Assembly (NCBI GenBank): GCA_965214835.1 | Contig: CBDCCK010000002.1 | Coordinates: forward strand, 576,001-640,000 | Length of the DNA stretch: 64,000 nt | Source of the DNA: Nitrosopumilaceae archaeon | Lineage (GTDB): Archaea; Thermoproteota; Nitrososphaeria; Nitrososphaerales; Nitrosopumilaceae | Reading direction: 5' to 3' | Shown: piece after piece, positions 1 to 10,356 of the stretch | Layout: every line of letters starts with the position of its first letter | Position numbering within the stretch: the first letter of the stretch is position 1 | Position numbers and translations under genes: made by a program | The notes under the pieces: generated by a model | Told to the model about the DNA's origin: nothing | The model's input: only the letters and a program-made list of their open reading frames with translations | Databases searched by the model: none

Positions 1-1832
1 CCGACTCTGACGGCGACGGCTTTGTCGATGATTTGGATCTGTGTCCCGGCCAGCCTGAGACCTTCAACGGCGTAGACGACAGGGACGGATGCCCCGACAG
101 CGAGTCCTCACGCGACTCTGATCAAGACGGCCTGTCTGATTCTAACGACGCCTGCCCGCTAGAGCCTGAGAACCATAACAAGTTCCAGGATGCCGACGGA
201 TGTCCCGATACGGTTGACGGTTCACACGCACAGTACCGGTTCCCGGATGCCGACGGCGACGGGATCGAGGACAGGCGGGACAACTGCATTGCAGAGCCTG
301 AGAACTATAACGGCTATCTGGATTTGGACGGGTGTCCCGAGGATCCGGGACACGTGTCAGAGGGATTTGTTGATTCAGACTATGATACCATTCCAGACAG
401 CATTGACGAGTGTATAAACGAGCGTGAAAACTTTAACAAATACCAGGATCAGGACGGATGTCCAGACAGTCCAGATGTCGCATCTGCAGAAGACACCGAC
501 CTGGACGGGATACCGGGCAATCTGGATCTCTGTCCGTACCTGCCAGAAAACTACAACAAGTTCCAGGATGCCGACGGATGCCCCGATACGGTGCCGGGCA
601 GCAGAGACACTGCAGACTCGGACGGGGACGGGATAGCAGACGCCATTGATGGCTGTCCGGATCAGCCCGAGACATACAACTCGTTTGAGGATCTGGACGG
701 ATGTCCCGACAGTCCAATCTCGGCGGGCGATTCGGACAGGGACGGGATAGCAGACGCCATTGATGGCTGTCCGGATCAGCCCGAGACCTATAACCTGTAC
801 CTGGACGCCGACGGATGCCCTGACTCGTTAGACTATTCGCTCCCACAGTACCAGTTCCCGGACACCGACGGCGACGGGATCGAGGACAGGCGGGACAACT
901 GCATTACAAGGGCCGAGAATCTTGACGGGGTGCTAGACGAGGACGGCTGTCCGGAGACTGCAGGATTTGTGTCTGCAGGCCTGATTGACTCGGATTACGA
1001 TACCATTCCAGACATCGCAGACAGGTGTCCCACAGTAAGCGAGAACTTTAACAAATTCCAAGACGAGGACGGCTGTCCGGACCTGCTGTTATTAGAGTCC
1101 AGGGGAGATGGCGATTCTGACGGGGTTCCAGACAATGTGGATCAGTGTCGTTACGCCATGGAGACATACAACAAGTTCCAGGATGCCGACGGATGTCCCG
1201 ATACGGTACCGGGCAGCAGAGACACTGCAGACTCGGACGGGGACGGGATAGCAGACGCCATTGATGGCTGTCCGGATCAGCCCGAGACATACAACTCGTT
1301 TGAGGATCTGGACGGATGTCCCGACAGTCCAATCTCGGCGGGCGATTCGGACAGGGACGGGATAGCAGACGCCATTGATGGCTGTCCGGATCAGCCCGAG
1401 ACCTATAACCTGTACCTAGACGCCGACGGATGCCCGGACTCGGTAACTGCGTCGTATGACCGATACTGGTTCCCCGATGCAGACAGAGACGGGATCGACG
1501 ACAGAAAGGACGGCTGTCCGAACATTCCAGAAAACCTCAACGGGTATCTTGACTGGGACGGCTGTCCGGATGTTGTTCCGTCAGAGGATCCAGGGCCGAC
1601 GCGGTTTGACTCGGATCAGGACGGGATATTCGACGCGGTAGACTCGTGTCCAAACAGCCCAGAAACATGGAACAAGTACAGGGATGCCGACGGGTGCCCG
1701 GACATATTCCCGGAGCATTCAAGATACCTACACGACAATGATCTAGACGGAATAGTCAACGAGGAAGACGCCTGTCCCATGACCGCAGAGGATCACGACT
1801 GGGTGGAGGATCTTGACGGGTGCCCGGAATAG
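1..1832 (+). CDS. Thrombospondin type-3 repeat (Ca-binding) surface protein, 5'-truncated by window edge
   Basis: Repeated DxDxDGxxDxxDxCP / ExxNxxxDxDGCPD motifs; frame is open upstream of position 33. Confidence 0.9.
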   Translation, partial: DSDGDGFVDDLDLCPGQPETFNGVDDRDGCPDSESSRDSDQDGLSDSNDACPLEPENHNKFQDADGCPDTVDGSHAQYRFPDADGDGIEDRRDNCIAEPENYNGYLDLDGCPEDPGHVSEGFVDSDYDTIPDSIDECINERENFNKYQDQDGCPDSPDVASAEDTDLDGIPGNLDLCPYLPENYNKFQDADGCPDTVPGSRDTADSDGDGIADAIDGCPDQPETYNSFEDLDGCPDSPISAGDSDRDGIADAIDGCPDQPETYNLYLDADGCPDSLDYSLPQYQFPDTDGDGIEDRRDNCITRAENLDGVLDEDGCPETAGFVSAGLIDSDYDTIPDIADRCPTVSENFNKFQDEDGCPDLLLLESRGDGDSDGVPDNVDQCRYAMETYNKFQDADGCPDTVPGSRDTADSDGDGIADAIDGCPDQPETYNSFEDLDGCPDSPISAGDSDRDGIADAIDGCPDQPETYNLYLDADGCPDSVTASYDRYWFPDADRDGIDDRKDGCPNIPENLNGYLDWDGCPDVVPSEDPGPTRFDSDQDGIFDAVDSCPNSPETWNKYRDADGCPDIFPEHSRYLHDNDLDGIVNEEDACPMTAEDHDWVEDLDGCPE

Positions 1833-1854
1833 GCGCTACTTTCAAATGATGGCA

Positions 1855-1927
1855 GGCCCTCGAGGGGAATCGAACCCCTGTCCGGGGATCCACAGTCCCC
1901 TATACTAGCCACTGTACTACAAGGGCC
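1855..1927 (-). tRNA. tRNA-His(GTG)
   Basis: Reverse complement folds as a cloverleaf: GCCCTTG/CGAGGGC acceptor stem, GGGGA-CT-GTG-GA-TCCCC anticodon arm, GTTCGAT T-loop. Confidence 0.93.
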
Positions 1928-2022
1928 ACCGAAATCTTTGACTGCTTTTCCTGTAATAATCTTTGATTTTACTATGAAAACCCGGCTGTAGATTTATTAT
2001 TGAGCAGCCCACAACCGAGGGC

Positions 2023-2103
2023 ATGAGGTTTTGGTGGCTGGGCATGTTCATATCAGGCGTCCTGGTCTGGTATGGGATAAACTACCTGCTCCCATGGAAA
2101 TAG
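2023..2103 (+). CDS. Putative 26-aa single-TM microprotein (MRFWWLGMFISGVLVWYGINYLLPWK)
   Basis: ATG..TAG hydrophobic ORF with TTTATTAT TATA-like box about 25-30 nt upstream; below ORF-track cutoff. Confidence 0.5.
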   Translation: MRFWWLGMFISGVLVWYGINYLLPWK

Positions 2104-2202
2104 GCATGAAGGATTGGCCGTCTTTACGCGTCCAGGCACGACTGCACAACAGGTCAGTCCCAGCGATCGCTTTAAATTTGTAGCACAAGGCTACCAGACA
2201 AC

Positions 2203-3219
2203 TTGAAACGCAGCTTTATTGCCAACAGATTACGTTCCGGAAGAAAGCCCCAGGAGGACTCTGTCGACAGAAAGACAGAGGAGATAAGCGGAAGAAGGTT
2301 CACCTGGCTTGACCTTCAAAACCCGGACAGGAAGGACGTAGAAGAGCTGGCATCCAAGTATCAATTCAACGAGCTGAACATAGAGGACTGTATGACAAAA
2401 TTCGAGCTTCCAAAACTAGACAGCTATGAGGATCATTTTTTCGTTATCCTGCACTTCCCCCCCCTTACTGCGAAAAACAAGATGCAAAAGCACAGCCAGC
2501 TGTCAATGTTTGTAGGAAGGGACTTTCTGGTGACCATTCACCAGGGGGATCTAAGGCCGTTAGTGGATCTGGTAGACACCTGCAAAAACAACACAGATCC
2601 GCAAAGAAGGGAGCGGCTGCTGGGAAGGTCGTCGGGAGTCCTGCTCCACGAGATAATCGACGTGCTAGTCGACGACCTGCTGCACACCGCAAGGAGGATA
2701 ATTGCAAACCTGGACGACATAGAGGACGGGGTTTTTGACGAGACAAAGTCGGCTGCCAGAAGCATATCCATACTGAGAAGGGAGATCAACATCGTGAGGA
2801 GGATAGTCAACCCGTTGAAGAGGTTCGTGCTAGAGATCGGGGAGCGAATAAAGGGGTTTGCAGAGTCAGAGGATTTGGAGCTGTACTTTGATGACGTAAT
2901 AGATCACATCAACAAGGTAATCGAGTCCCTAGAGGAGTCCAGGGAGACGATGGAGATCTACAAGGATACGGACTTTATGCTAAGCACCGAGAAGACAAAC
3001 AAGGTGCTGGCGGCGCTGACAATCATCTTTACCCTGGCGATTCCGGCAACGGTGATCGGTACATTTTACGGGATGAACGTCAACCTGCCAGGCGGAATGG
3101 GTGACGGGGCGGGGATTTTAGGCCAGTACCAGTCTTTTGTTGTGATAATACTTGCCTCGGCGGTTCCGGCAGTGCTGATGGCGGCGTACTTTAGAAGGCT
3201 TGGCTGGATTGGAAGGTAG
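2203..3219 (+). CDS. corA: CorA family Mg2+/Co2+ transporter
   Basis: WLDL motif, YGMN signature, two C-terminal TM helices. Confidence 0.92.
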   Translation: MKRSFIANRLRSGRKPQEDSVDRKTEEISGRRFTWLDLQNPDRKDVEELASKYQFNELNIEDCMTKFELPKLDSYEDHFFVILHFPPLTAKNKMQKHSQLSMFVGRDFLVTIHQGDLRPLVDLVDTCKNNTDPQRRERLLGRSSGVLLHEIIDVLVDDLLHTARRIIANLDDIEDGVFDETKSAARSISILRREINIVRRIVNPLKRFVLEIGERIKGFAESEDLELYFDDVIDHINKVIESLEESRETMEIYKDTDFMLSTEKTNKVLAALTIIFTLAIPATVIGTFYGMNVNLPGGMGDGAGILGQYQSFVVIILASAVPAVLMAAYFRRLGWIGR

Positions 3220-3220
3220 A

Positions 3221-4009
3221 TCAAACCTCCTGAAGATTTACAGTGATTTTGGTCAAGGCCAGATCCAAGTCATCAGGTACCCAGACCAGCAGGCCCCCGT
3301 CCCTTGATACGCCCTCACACCTCCCGCTAAGACTCGTGTATGCCTCGGCGCGGCACCCCTGGGCAAGATCGTGCCCTATTGGCGAGGGACTGCTGGCAAA
3401 CCTTTCATACGGCCCGCTGTCCTGCACGAAGAATACGGACAGTGCCAGATCCGGATCGTTGGATTTTACGCTGTATCTATACGAGGTGGTCTCCTGCGAG
3501 CTGCAGATCGGAATAAACTGCACATATCCGGTGGAATGGTCATGCGGCCCGGGGGCGGGGACGTTTGGATACATTATGGCATAAGGATGCCCAGATACGT
3601 CAGCTCCATTGAATGCCTCGAACTGGTTTCTCAGTGCGTCAATTCCGTACCTGTACAAGATAGGCTGCCAGTTGCTTTTGCAGTCATCAAAGCGGTGCCT
3701 TAGCTCGACAAACGAGCGCTCCCCGATGTACCTCAGCTGGTTGGGGTTGTGCCCGCCTAGCCCAGGGGCGGGGGATAGCTCGTCATAGTATACCGCATCA
3801 GACGGGTACGTGTTGTTCCAAACGTTGGTTACATCAAACAGCAGGTTTCCGGGATGGCTGTCCCACTCGGGCTGAAGGCGGACGTAGATCGAGAACTTGC
3901 TGATGTCCCCAGGATGGCTTGCCTCGAAGATAAAATGCCCGTAAAAGGCATTAGACAGGACCAGGACAAACGCAGCGGCCGGGATTATTACGTAGAATCT
4001 GATTTTCAT
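3221..4009 (-). CDS. Hypothetical secreted/membrane-anchored protein
   Basis: 262-aa ORF with N-terminal hydrophobic segment, overlapping the dus stop. Confidence 0.7.
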   Translation of the reverse strand: MKIRFYVIIPAAAFVLVLSNAFYGHFIFEASHPGDISKFSIYVRLQPEWDSHPGNLLFDVTNVWNNTYPSDAVYYDELSPAPGLGGHNPNQLRYIGERSFVELRHRFDDCKSNWQPILYRYGIDALRNQFEAFNGADVSGHPYAIMYPNVPAPGPHDHSTGYVQFIPICSSQETTSYRYSVKSNDPDLALSVFFVQDSGPYERFASSPSPIGHDLAQGCRAEAYTSLSGRCEGVSRDGGLLVWVPDDLDLALTKITVNLQEV

Positions 4010-4971
4010 GGGTTCAGAGCGGGCATTTTCATCAGGTCTTCTAATTCCTCAACGGTCTTGGTTCCGGTGATCCTTGCGCGAAGCTTTGAGGCTCCAGCGT
4101 AGCCCCTTATGAAGTTCATTGCGTGGGTCTTTACGTTTGCAAACTTGATTCTGTACTGTCTGGCATGCCTGAGATACTCAAAGAACAGCTCAATCCTGTC
4201 GCCTGCCGTGTATCTGTGATACCTGCCGGTGGACAGATAGTCGTTGATCTGCTCAAATATCAGCGGATTGCCCACGGCCCCGCGTCCAATCATGACATAG
4301 TCACACCCGGTCTCGTCCAGCATGGACTTTGCCTTTTCCGGCGAATCAATGTCGCCGTTTCCGACAATGGGCACGCCGGATGCCTCCTTTAGCTCGCGGA
4401 TCAGCGACCAGTCTGCATTTCCCGAATAGGCCTGGCTTACCGTCCTGGGATGCAGTGTGATTAGCTGGATCCCCTCCTCCTCTGCAATCTTTGCAATGTC
4501 AAGAAACAGCCTCCTGCTAGCCGGGGTGACGCCTGCCCGCATCTTCAGGGTAACGGGCTTGCTGACAGAGTCAACCAGGGTCCTAAGGATGCGGCGGGTA
4601 AGATTTGACTCTTGCAGTAATGCGCCTCCTGCCATCTGCTGCGTAATGTGCGGTGCGGGACAGCCCATGTTGTAATCAATCATGTCAAAGAACGGCTCTA
4701 CGATTCTTGCGGCGCTTGATAGCGCGTCCAGATCAGAGCCAAAAAGCTGGACGGATAACGGGCGCTCCCTTTCTGAGAACTGGAGAAAGTCGGTAATATC
4801 CAAGTCCCTGGACGACAGTTCCCTTTCTTTTGCAACGATGCTGTGGATGCTGGTAAACTCAGTAACCACCAGTCCGGCGCCATGCTTTTTGCACAGCAGC
4901 CTCAGTGCAGGATCGCTGACTCCGGCCATGGGTGCCAAAAATGCTTTGGAAGAAAAATCCGGTACGGTCAT
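4006..4971 (-). CDS. dus: tRNA-dihydrouridine synthase (DusB-like)
   Basis: LAPMAGVSD, VQLFGS, NMGCP, LHPRT, GNGDI, VMIGRGA motifs. Confidence 0.93.
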   Translation of the reverse strand: MTVPDFSSKAFLAPMAGVSDPALRLLCKKHGAGLVVTEFTSIHSIVAKERELSSRDLDITDFLQFSERERPLSVQLFGSDLDALSSAARIVEPFFDMIDYNMGCPAPHITQQMAGGALLQESNLTRRILRTLVDSVSKPVTLKMRAGVTPASRRLFLDIAKIAEEEGIQLITLHPRTVSQAYSGNADWSLIRELKEASGVPIVGNGDIDSPEKAKSMLDETGCDYVMIGRGAVGNPLIFEQINDYLSTGRYHRYTAGDRIELFFEYLRHARQYRIKFANVKTHAMNFIRGYAGASKLRARITGTKTVEELEDLMKMPALNP

Positions 4972-5018
4972 CTAGTCATCAGGGCGGGGTTGGAACTCAA
5001 GGAGGTTTCAGAAAATAC

Positions 5019-7202
5019 CTACTCTGGGCAGCCGTCATGGTCATCTATGCCGTCATAGTCTTCCGGGGTCGCAGGACAGTCGTCTCCTTCGTTGATTATC
5101 CCGTCTAGATCATCGTCGTGTACGTATCTTGACTGCTCTGGGAATATGTCCGGGCAACCGTCGGCATCCAGGTACTTGTTCCATGTTTCAGGGTTGTTTG
5201 GACACGAGTCTGCCTCGTCGGCTATGCCGTCCCGGTCCGAGTCATAAAGGATAGTCTCACCGCCGGCAGGGACAGAGGGAATCACGTCCGGGCATCCGTC
5301 CCAGTCAAGATAGCCGTTGAGGTTTTCTGGAACATCCGGGCAGTTGTCCTTTCTGTCGTCGACTCCGTCGCCGTCTGCATCCGGTAGCTGGTGCTGTACA
5401 GCAGATGGACTGTCAACCGTGTCGGGGCAGCCGTCGCCGTCCTGGAACCGGTTATAGTTCTCGGGCTCTAGCGGGCAGGCGTCGTCCACATCGGATACTC
5501 CGTCACGATCAGAGTCTGCAGATGAGACGTCGCCGTCCGGGCATCCGTCGGCGTCAGCCAGCCCGTTGACCGTTTCAGGCTGTGTTGGGCACAGGTCAAG
5601 ATTGTCCAGGATCCCGTCGCCGTCGACATCATAAAGTGTGCCGGTACCGCCCACAAAGTCCGGGCATCCGTCGGCATCCAAGTATTGGTTGTAAATTTCC
5701 GAGGACATTGGGCACTGATCGACGTTGTCTAAAATCCCGTCACTGTCAGAGTCCCCATTGAAAAACGGGTATATTGTGTCTGGGCACCCATCCTCGTCCT
5801 GGAATTTGTTATATCTTTCGCCCACAGTCGGGCACTGATCATCAACGTCAGCTATGCCGTCATAGTCTGTATCTATGACCTTACCGCCATCAAACCCCGT
5901 AACGTCGGGACATCCGTCCCAGTCAAGATAGCCGTTGAGGTTTTCTGGAACATCCGGGCAGTTGTCCTTTCTGTCGTCGACTCCGTCGCCGTCGGCGTCT
6001 TGGAACTGGTGCTGTACAGCAGATGGACTGTCAACCGTGTCGGGGCAGCCGTCGCCGTCCTGGAACCGGTTATAGTTCTCGGGCTCTAGCGGGCAGGCGT
6101 CGTCCACATCGGATACTCCGTCATGATCAGAGTCTGCAGGTGAGGCGTCGCCGTCCGGGCATCCGTCGGCGTCAGCCAGCCCGTTGACCGTTTCAGGCTG
6201 TGTTGGACACAGGTCAAGACCGTCTAAGATTCCGTCGCCGTCGGTGTCATAAAGCGTGTCGGTGTCTCCCACAAAGTCCGGGCATCCGTCCCAGTCAAGA
6301 TATTTGTTAAATACTTCAGCGGAATATGGGCACTGATCAGCATCATTCAAGATCCCGTCACCGTCAAGATCATCATTTGTAAATAACAGCACCAAGGTAT
6401 CCGGGCAGCCGTCCTCGTCTTGATATTTGTTATAGTTTTCACGCTCGTGCACGCATTCATCATCACTGTCTGGAATTCCATCATAGTCGGAGTCTGGTAC
6501 CTCGCCGCCATCAAACCCCGCAACGTCGGGACATCCGTCCCAGTCAAGATACCCGTTGAGGTTTTCTGGAACATCCGGGCAGTTGTCCTTTCTGTCGTCA
6601 ACTCCGTCGCCGTCTGCATCCGGGAACTGGTGCTGTACGATGAATTGGCTGTCAACCGTGTCGGGGCAGCCGTCGCCGTCCTGGAACCGGTTATAGTTCT
6701 CGGGCTCTAGCGGGCAGGCGTCGTTAGAATCCGACAGGCCATCCTGATCAGAGTCTCCAGGTGAGGCGTCGCCGTCCGGGCATCCGTCCCTGTCGTCTAT
6801 GCCGTTGAAGGTTTCGGACAGGCCGGGACACAGATCCAAATTATCAATAAAGCCGTCGCCGTCAGAGTCATGCATCCGTGCGCCTTCGTAGGGCACAAAG
6901 TCCGGGCACCCGTCATCATCCTCAAACTGGTTATAGTTTTCCCTGACGGTAGGACAGGCATCTACGTGATCCTGAACCCCGTCATAGTCGACATCATACC
7001 ATGGCACAAAGTCCCCCGGGCAGCCGTCATCCGTGTCTCCATACTGCGGATCATAATCCTCTAGGAGGTGCGGGCACTGATCAAATTCGTTTAAGATACC
7101 GTCGCCGTCATTGTCATTTACTGTAGCATGAACGGATCCGGGCATCATGCTCAGTGTAGAAAATAACAAGAATAGAAACCCGAAAATATGAAGTTTGTTC
7201 AT
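5019..7202 (-). CDS. Thrombospondin type-3 repeat protein with signal peptide
   Basis: MNKLHIFGFL.. signal peptide followed by TSP3 repeats. Confidence 0.92.
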   Translation of the reverse strand: MNKLHIFGFLFLLFSTLSMMPGSVHATVNDNDGDGILNEFDQCPHLLEDYDPQYGDTDDGCPGDFVPWYDVDYDGVQDHVDACPTVRENYNQFEDDDGCPDFVPYEGARMHDSDGDGFIDNLDLCPGLSETFNGIDDRDGCPDGDASPGDSDQDGLSDSNDACPLEPENYNRFQDGDGCPDTVDSQFIVQHQFPDADGDGVDDRKDNCPDVPENLNGYLDWDGCPDVAGFDGGEVPDSDYDGIPDSDDECVHERENYNKYQDEDGCPDTLVLLFTNDDLDGDGILNDADQCPYSAEVFNKYLDWDGCPDFVGDTDTLYDTDGDGILDGLDLCPTQPETVNGLADADGCPDGDASPADSDHDGVSDVDDACPLEPENYNRFQDGDGCPDTVDSPSAVQHQFQDADGDGVDDRKDNCPDVPENLNGYLDWDGCPDVTGFDGGKVIDTDYDGIADVDDQCPTVGERYNKFQDEDGCPDTIYPFFNGDSDSDGILDNVDQCPMSSEIYNQYLDADGCPDFVGGTGTLYDVDGDGILDNLDLCPTQPETVNGLADADGCPDGDVSSADSDRDGVSDVDDACPLEPENYNRFQDGDGCPDTVDSPSAVQHQLPDADGDGVDDRKDNCPDVPENLNGYLDWDGCPDVIPSVPAGGETILYDSDRDGIADEADSCPNNPETWNKYLDADGCPDIFPEQSRYVHDDDLDGIINEGDDCPATPEDYDGIDDHDGCPE

Positions 7203-7245
7203 TAGCCCTGAGACGTGATATCATCAGGACGTTATTAAACCTCAC
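7203..7245 (-). promoter_or_regulatory. Promoter of TSP3 gene (TTTAATAA box), conserved with 10039..10082
   Basis: Near-identical 40-bp upstream sequence in both paralogues. Confidence 0.65.
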
Positions 7246-7293
7246 GCTGGATTTGGCTGCTGCGCAGCCCCGATCTTAGGCACGAAAAATTAG

Positions 7294-7401
7294 GTAGCAG
7301 CTCGGGCTCTGGAAGTTTAGGCGTGGATTTTATCATCCTGGAAACCCCGATCGAGCACAATCCGTGCCTAAAATCAGGAATGACCGAGTGCGAGCTGTTA
7401 C
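7294..7401. mobile_element. MITE family A (IS66-type GTAAC/GTAGC ends), diverged copy
   Basis: gtagcagctcgggctctggaag ... cgagctgttac; flanks aaaattag/aaaactag (8-bp TSD, 1 mismatch). Confidence 0.75.
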
Positions 7402-7590
7402 AAAACTAGCCGTTTTTGCGCGCTCAGGCACGGTTGTGCGGTGGGCTAGTTGGGCTCAGCCAAGTGAGATGTGCTGAAAAATCGGGTAAAACAGAGACTG
7501 GCAGAAAGCACAAAGCCTCATCATGCCCAGCAGCAAGGCAAAAACAGCAACTTCATTTACATTGCACTTGGCCGGGACTAGTGATGCTGG

Positions 7591-10038
7591 CTAGGGGTCG
7601 GGGCAGCCGTCGTGATCACGATCGCCGTCATAGTCCTCAGGCAGGGAAATGCAGAGATCCTCGTCATTGATGACCCCATCCAGGTCAAGGTCATGCTTGT
7701 ATCTAGACTGCTCTGGAACCGTATCGGGGCAGCCGTCGTGGTCATCATACTTGTTCCAGGACTCCCTCTCGGTGGGACACTCGTCTACAATATCAAAGAA
7801 CCCGTCGCCGTCGGTGTCCACCCTGTCGGGGAATTCAGGTACAAAGTCCGGGCAGCCGTCGTGGTCAAGGTATCTATTCCAGGTTTCCTGTTCGCCCTGG
7901 CAAAGATCCATCACGTCAGGAACGCCGTCGCCGTCATCATCAGGTAGGGATACCTCGGCATCGGGGCAGCCGTCGTGGTCATTTACGCCGTCATATGTCT
8001 CAGCCTCAAACGGACAGTGATCATCCATGTCGGCGATGCCATCGTTGTCAGAATCCACAGCAATGGTGGTCAAAATGGTGTCCGGGCAGCCGTCGGTGTC
8101 CTGGAATTTGTTGTAAGTCTCCGGTTCCAGTTCGCAGGCATCAGTTACGTCGGGAACTCCGTCCATGTCGGCGTCTGACACTGGAATATAGTCATCGGGG
8201 CAGCCGTCGTGGTCAAGAATATCGTTGAGGGTCTCAGGCTGGCCTGGGCAAAGGTCGTCATAGTCGCTTATGCCGTCGCCGTCAGTATCAGGCAGCCCTC
8301 CGGGACCTGCTACAAGGTCAGGGCATCCGTCGGCGTCCTGGAATTTGTTGTAGACCTCGGGAGCCTCCGGGCATTCATCAGCACTGTCAGGTATGGAGTC
8401 ACCATCGGTGTCTAAATCATGCACAAAGTACGGAATGTCGGGACATCCGTCCTCGTCCTCAAATCCGTTGTAGCGCTCACGCTCTCCAATACACTGATCA
8501 ACGCTGTCCAGTATTCCGTCTTGATCAGTATCCAGCACCGTAGGATCGTCGGGACATCCGTCGTGGTCAAGGTATCTATTCCAGGTTTCCTGTTCTGATG
8601 CACACTGATCCAAGGTATCGGGAATTCCGTCGTCGTCGGCGTCAGGAGTGGGGACATCCGGGCACCCGTCCTCGTCAAGATAGCCGTTGAGGGTCTCAGC
8701 TACCAGGGGGCACGAGTCATGCAAGTCAGCGATCCCATCACCGTCATTGTCCGGCATGCTGTCATCTTCGACAGAGTCTGGACATCCGTCCTCGTCAAGA
8801 TATTTGTTGAATGTTTCCGGGGTTGATGGACACTGGTCTAGAGTGTTAGAAATTCCGTCAGAGTCAGAGTCTTTGCTGGCATCGGTATCCGGGCAGCCAT
8901 CATGGTCAAGAATTCCGTTGAGGGTCTCAGGCTGGTTTGGGCAAAGGTCGTCATAGTCGCTTATGCCGTCGCCGTCAGTATCAGGCAGCCCTCCGGAACC
9001 TGCTACAAGGTCAGGGCATCCGTCGGTGTCCTGATACAAATTGTAGGTTTCTTTTGATTCTGGACACTCGTCAGCACTGTCCAAGATTCCGTCTAGATCA
9101 GTGTCACGATCTAAAGAATACGGGGGAATGTCGGGGCATCCGTCCTCGTCCTCAAAGCCGTTGTAGCGTTCCGGAGCAAGGGGGCAAGAGTCGTCGACGT
9201 CTAGGACTCTATCCATGTCAGTATCATCTGGGGCGCCAAAGTCAGGTAGCGAGTCGGGGCATCCGTCAAAGTCTGCAAACCTGTTAAATGTCTCAGGATC
9301 ACTGGGACATATATCGAATTTGTCTGCTATGCCGTCCTTGTCGGTGTCAGCAAAGGAAGAGTCCGAAGATACATCTGGGCATCCGTCGGTGTCAAAATAG
9401 CCGTTGAAGGTTTCAGGCTCGGATGGACATGTGTCAAAAATATCCTCTATGCCGTCGTTGTCAGTATCAGCAAAGCCAGATTCAATGCTGTCGGGGCATC
9501 CGTCGGCGTCATCGAACATGTTGTAAGTCTCAGAACGCAGCGGGCATTGATCGAAATGGTCTGCAATCCCGTCCCTGTCGGTGTCACGCATTGAGGTGAA
9601 ATCGTCCGGACATCCGTCACGATCAAGTAGGCCGTTGAAGGTTTCGGCCCTTGTCGGACACAAATCGGCAAGATCAATAAAGCCGTCACCGTCCGAGTCG
9701 GGTCGGCCATCAGAGCCTCCATAAGGAGGCGTGTCAGGACATCCGTCCTCGTCCTGGAATAAATTATAGTTCTCTTTTACGTCAGGACACAGGTCAATGT
9801 GATCCTGAATGCCGTCAAAGTCTTCATCATACCATGGTACAAAGTCTGCCGGACACCCGTCTATAACACCGCCAAACTCTGTGCCATAGTCCTCCTGCAG
9901 GTTGGGACACCTGTCCTCATGGTTTGGTACGCCGTCCCTGTCAAAGTCTGCATCTTCGGCATAGACGCCACTGATGGGAACAGACCCGAGGGTAGAGGCC
10001 AACAGTAGCATAAACCCTAAAACGTGAAGTTTGTTCAT
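7591..10038 (-). CDS. Thrombospondin type-3 repeat protein with signal peptide
   Basis: MNKLHVLGFM.. signal peptide, TSP3 repeats throughout. Confidence 0.92.
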   Translation of the reverse strand: MNKLHVLGFMLLLASTLGSVPISGVYAEDADFDRDGVPNHEDRCPNLQEDYGTEFGGVIDGCPADFVPWYDEDFDGIQDHIDLCPDVKENYNLFQDEDGCPDTPPYGGSDGRPDSDGDGFIDLADLCPTRAETFNGLLDRDGCPDDFTSMRDTDRDGIADHFDQCPLRSETYNMFDDADGCPDSIESGFADTDNDGIEDIFDTCPSEPETFNGYFDTDGCPDVSSDSSFADTDKDGIADKFDICPSDPETFNRFADFDGCPDSLPDFGAPDDTDMDRVLDVDDSCPLAPERYNGFEDEDGCPDIPPYSLDRDTDLDGILDSADECPESKETYNLYQDTDGCPDLVAGSGGLPDTDGDGISDYDDLCPNQPETLNGILDHDGCPDTDASKDSDSDGISNTLDQCPSTPETFNKYLDEDGCPDSVEDDSMPDNDGDGIADLHDSCPLVAETLNGYLDEDGCPDVPTPDADDDGIPDTLDQCASEQETWNRYLDHDGCPDDPTVLDTDQDGILDSVDQCIGERERYNGFEDEDGCPDIPYFVHDLDTDGDSIPDSADECPEAPEVYNKFQDADGCPDLVAGPGGLPDTDGDGISDYDDLCPGQPETLNDILDHDGCPDDYIPVSDADMDGVPDVTDACELEPETYNKFQDTDGCPDTILTTIAVDSDNDGIADMDDHCPFEAETYDGVNDHDGCPDAEVSLPDDDGDGVPDVMDLCQGEQETWNRYLDHDGCPDFVPEFPDRVDTDGDGFFDIVDECPTERESWNKYDDHDGCPDTVPEQSRYKHDLDLDGVINDEDLCISLPEDYDGDRDHDGCPDP

Positions 10039-10082
10039 TCTCCCCGAAACGTCATATCATCAGGATGTTATTAAACCTCGCG
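10039..10082 (-). promoter_or_regulatory. Promoter of TSP3 gene, paralogous to 7203..7245
   Basis: gaggtttaataacatcctgatgatatgacg vs gaggtttaataacgtcctgatgatatcacg. Confidence 0.65.
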
Positions 10083-10356
10083 TTAAACTTGTGCGTAAGA
10101 GCCTGCCATCTCCCGAAGACATGGCGTGGGAGGCATGATGATCAAGGCCCCGGGAGGCAGTACAGCCCGGGGCAAACTCGTACGACTTGTACATCCACGG
10201 GGTTTAAGAGGATTGCCTGGACGCGGCCTGTTGCACGGCCCTGCCTGAACGCGCATGAACAGCTTGGGGCCTTTTGTGCCTAAAATTCAGGGTTATGCAG
10301 CACACTGCCTTGCCGGATGAGACTAGCTTTAAGTAAACGGCGCCAGTTTTTAGGGT

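Noticed and set aside
1-10038. Diversity-generating retroelement TR/VR pairs among TSP3 repeats
   Set aside because: No reverse transcriptase here, and differences between copies are not visibly adenine-specific
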